DNA of 44,924 bases. Source: a virus. Each line of letters begins with the position of its first letter. The stretch's first letter is position 1. Shown piece by piece: positions 42,536 through 44,924 of the stretch. The stretch is taken from IMG/VR virus record IMGVR_UViG_3300029480_000006, positions 1 through 44,924 of that record; one strand, written 5' to 3'. The notes beneath the pieces are model-generated. The model did no database searches. It had not been told where the DNA came from and worked only from the letters and a program-made list of their open reading frames with translations. A program made the position numbers and the translations under genes.

Positions 42536-44812
42536 ATGACAACAAGAAATTTAGTTCCACGTTCTGCTAATGAAGGGCAATTAGGAACGGATTTAAAACC
42601 ATGGCAAGAAGTAAATGTAAATAAAGTATATGCCAGTAATAATGTACTTGTTTTCAATAACGTAGAAGAAATGAAATCAAGTAATAAAGTAAAATCAGGA
42701 TATACCATAAAGACATTAGGATTTTATGAGGCAAATGATGGTGGTGGTGCTGATTATGTAATTACCAATGATATAGGTGAAGATGAAGCTGATGAAGCTA
42801 GTATTATCGCTTTACAAAAAGGATTATATGCAAAACTATTGATAAAAGATTATATCAATATTAAATGGTTTGGTGCTAAAGGTGATGATGAAACAGACGA
42901 TACCGAAGCGATACAAAAAGCTGTTACCTATATAAATAAAAATGCTGGTACGCTATTTTTCACTGACGGCAATTATATAATATCTAACACAGGTAATAAT
43001 ATATTTGAAATAACATCGTCTAACGTAAGTATTACAGGTACTGCTAATTCCTTTATTAAATATAAAGGTGTTGGCGAAAGTGGTTATATCTTCCACGTTT
43101 TAGGTACTAAAGATACGTATTTAGAAAATATATCTATATATGGATTAAATATAGATGGGTACGGTCAAGAGTTTAAGGGTGGAAATACTTCAGAAACAAA
43201 AACAGAAACACACCCAAACCCCTATGCAAAAGGATTAACAGCTATTAGATTTAGTTTTGTAAAAAATATGTCCGTAGAGAAATGTTCTTTAAAAGAAATA
43301 TACGGAGAGGGAATTATCGGTCGCTACTCTTACCATGCTAATATTTTAGATAATATAGTAGAAAATTGTAGTGCTGGTAATATCGTAGCAGGTGGTATAA
43401 CAGGTTACGATGACCATGGAGATGGTATTGCCGTTTTCGGTAGTTATAGCGTTAGAATAAAAGGTAATTCTGTAACAAATAACAGAAAGTATAAAGTGCA
43501 TTTTAGTAAAGATGATGCACTTCATGATGTTTATGATTGTATTTGTGGTAGAAGTGGACTTGAATATGAATATGCTACTAATACAGATGGTATAAATGCT
43601 CCTAACAATGTAGAAAATTTAAATGATGATTTAAGCGGGACGTGCTTAATATTAGATGGAAATTTTGTTAAAGGATATACAAAAGGAACACATTTAGAAA
43701 GTAATGTAAACGTAGATGTAATTAATAATACATTTGTAGGAAACTATATAGATATTATGTGTAGTACACAATACACAAATATAAGTGGAAACAGATTTAA
43801 TAGGACAACAGTAGAAACAGCTCCTCAGTATGGATATGACCAATATTCTCGTGGTGGGGTTGCTATTTCTGAATATGGTACTAAACCTAAAAACATAATA
43901 ATAACTAATAACTACTTTAATAAATCCAGTATAACTTTAGCTAATAACAATGTTATTATAAGCAATAATATATTTAAAATGGATAATGATATTTCTGACA
44001 TATCTATAGTATCTAAAAATAGTGGTAGTGAAAATATAAACATAAATAATAATGTGTTTTTAGAAGGGAATAATAATAAAGCATGTTGTTATATTAGTTT
44101 ATTCGCTCCTATAAATGCTTCTATAGATGGAAATACATTTGATATGCAAGACAAGGAAAAGTATGCTATATATATATATAATGGTACACATAGTATAAAG
44201 TTAATAAATAATATTTTTAAAACAAATTCTATCTCTAAAGTATTGACAAAATATGAAAATAGTATTAGTAAAGATATTTTCCTTATTGGTAATAGAGTTT
44301 ATGGAAACTCAAATAAATGCGTATTGTTAGAAGTTTATGACCCTTGGGATGGGACAATACTTAATAACATTATGGAAAATAGAGAAGGTATTTTCTTCTA
44401 TAATACTGGAACTAATCGTGGTGTGTGGAATATTAATAATAATTTTGGGAGCTTAAAAACAACTGGATATGCTCCAAATGTAGAAGTAAATTCTTCTGTA
44501 ACGTCAATTAGAGAAAACTATATAATGCTAGGTACTCTTATAAGAAGCTTAGCTGGTAATGCAACAAATGGAGCTACAGGTAAAAAATGTACAAAAGCTG
44601 GATTTTTAACTGCATTAACATGGACTAGTGGTACAAAATATACAGCGTCTAATACAACATATGCTAATAGTGCAAACAATGTTTATTGTTGTACTAACGC
44701 TGGAAGTGGTAACTCTACAATAGAGCCTACACACACGGAGGGTACAGTTACGGAAAGTGATGGCTACACATGGGAATATATAGGTGTTAAAGCAGAATTG
44801 GAGAATTTTTAA
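42536..44812 (+). CDS. Tailspike/depolymerase with pectate-lyase-like right-handed beta-helix
   Basis: WFGAKGDDETDDTEAIQKAV signature of the pectate_lyase_3 superfamily and repeated N/G-rich beta-helix coils. Confidence 0.8.
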   Translation: MTTRNLVPRSANEGQLGTDLKPWQEVNVNKVYASNNVLVFNNVEEMKSSNKVKSGYTIKTLGFYEANDGGGADYVITNDIGEDEADEASIIALQKGLYAKLLIKDYINIKWFGAKGDDETDDTEAIQKAVTYINKNAGTLFFTDGNYIISNTGNNIFEITSSNVSITGTANSFIKYKGVGESGYIFHVLGTKDTYLENISIYGLNIDGYGQEFKGGNTSETKTETHPNPYAKGLTAIRFSFVKNMSVEKCSLKEIYGEGIIGRYSYHANILDNIVENCSAGNIVAGGITGYDDHGDGIAVFGSYSVRIKGNSVTNNRKYKVHFSKDDALHDVYDCICGRSGLEYEYATNTDGINAPNNVENLNDDLSGTCLILDGNFVKGYTKGTHLESNVNVDVINNTFVGNYIDIMCSTQYTNISGNRFNRTTVETAPQYGYDQYSRGGVAISEYGTKPKNIIITNNYFNKSSITLANNNVIISNNIFKMDNDISDISIVSKNSGSENININNNVFLEGNNNKACCYISLFAPINASIDGNTFDMQDKEKYAIYIYNGTHSIKLINNIFKTNSISKVLTKYENSISKDIFLIGNRVYGNSNKCVLLEVYDPWDGTILNNIMENREGIFFYNTGTNRGVWNINNNFGSLKTTGYAPNVEVNSSVTSIRENYIMLGTLIRSLAGNATNGATGKKCTKAGFLTALTWTSGTKYTASNTTYANSANNVYCCTNAGSGNSTIEPTHTEGTVTESDGYTWEYIGVKAELENF

Positions 44813-44924
44813 TGAAAAGAATAATTATGTTAACAATGCTATTAATATCATGCAATGTACCATGCTTTGCTAATTCAATACATGATATACAAGACAATAT
44901 TGGCACAGATAAATTCGCTCACTT
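44811..44924 (+). CDS. 5' part of the lipoprotein gene that continues at 1..283
   Basis: ATGA overlap with the tailspike stop. MKRIIMLTMLLISC signal peptide. Confidence 0.6.
44826..44924. repeat. Terminal direct repeat, copy 2
   Basis: Identical to 1..99. Confidence 0.9.

Noticed and set aside
1-44924. tRNA, integrase or attP
   Set aside because: No T-loop (GTTCGA/GTTCAA-type) or cloverleaf candidates were found in non-coding stretches. No ORF shows R..H..R..Y or serine-recombinase motifs.

Overview
The window is a complete, circularly permuted, low-GC (about 29-30%) tailed-phage genome. Bases 44826-44924 repeat bases 1-99 exactly, so the unique length is about 44.8 kb. It reads as a temperate phage-plasmid rather than an integrating prophage. 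Almost all genes are on the + strand. The structural module is strikingly lambda-like: HNH endonuclease, TerS, gpA-type TerL, gpW, portal, a fused prohead-protease/scaffold/HK97-type capsid protein, a DUF2190 decoration protein, head-tail proteins, a major tail protein, G/GT chaperones with a canonical A_AAA_AAC -1 frameshift, an SLT-containing tape measure, then gpM-, gpL- (4-Cys), gpK- (NlpC/P60) and fused gpI/gpJ-like tip proteins, and a pectate-lyase-fold tailspike. Lysogeny and maintenance are provided by an XRE-type repressor with two palindromic operators, a 5'-truncated Bro-N antirepressor, a ParA plus ribbon-helix-helix partition pair with an AT-rich centromere-like repeat field, and an HUH rolling-circle Rep. 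No integrase is present. The early/replication region also carries RecU, a roughly 300-aa radical-SAM enzyme with a B12/MTTase-like N-domain, a PD-(D/E)xK nuclease, several Zn-ribbon proteins and an ArpU-like late activator. The lysis and moron region (0.7-8 kb) has two holin-like genes, a weak endolysin candidate, a perfect 6 x 12-bp iteron array, a dual-coding spanin-like pair, a sigma region-4-like regulator, Cys-rich membrane proteins, and a self-contained three-gene cassette with its own promoter, operator and terminator. The most unusual element is a roughly 1.05-kb ORF-free, GC-elevated, hairpin-dense region (8050-9110) with its own sigma70 promoter and intrinsic terminator, a strong candidate for a large structured ncRNA. 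GGCGG is strongly over-represented and strand-biased on the + strand.
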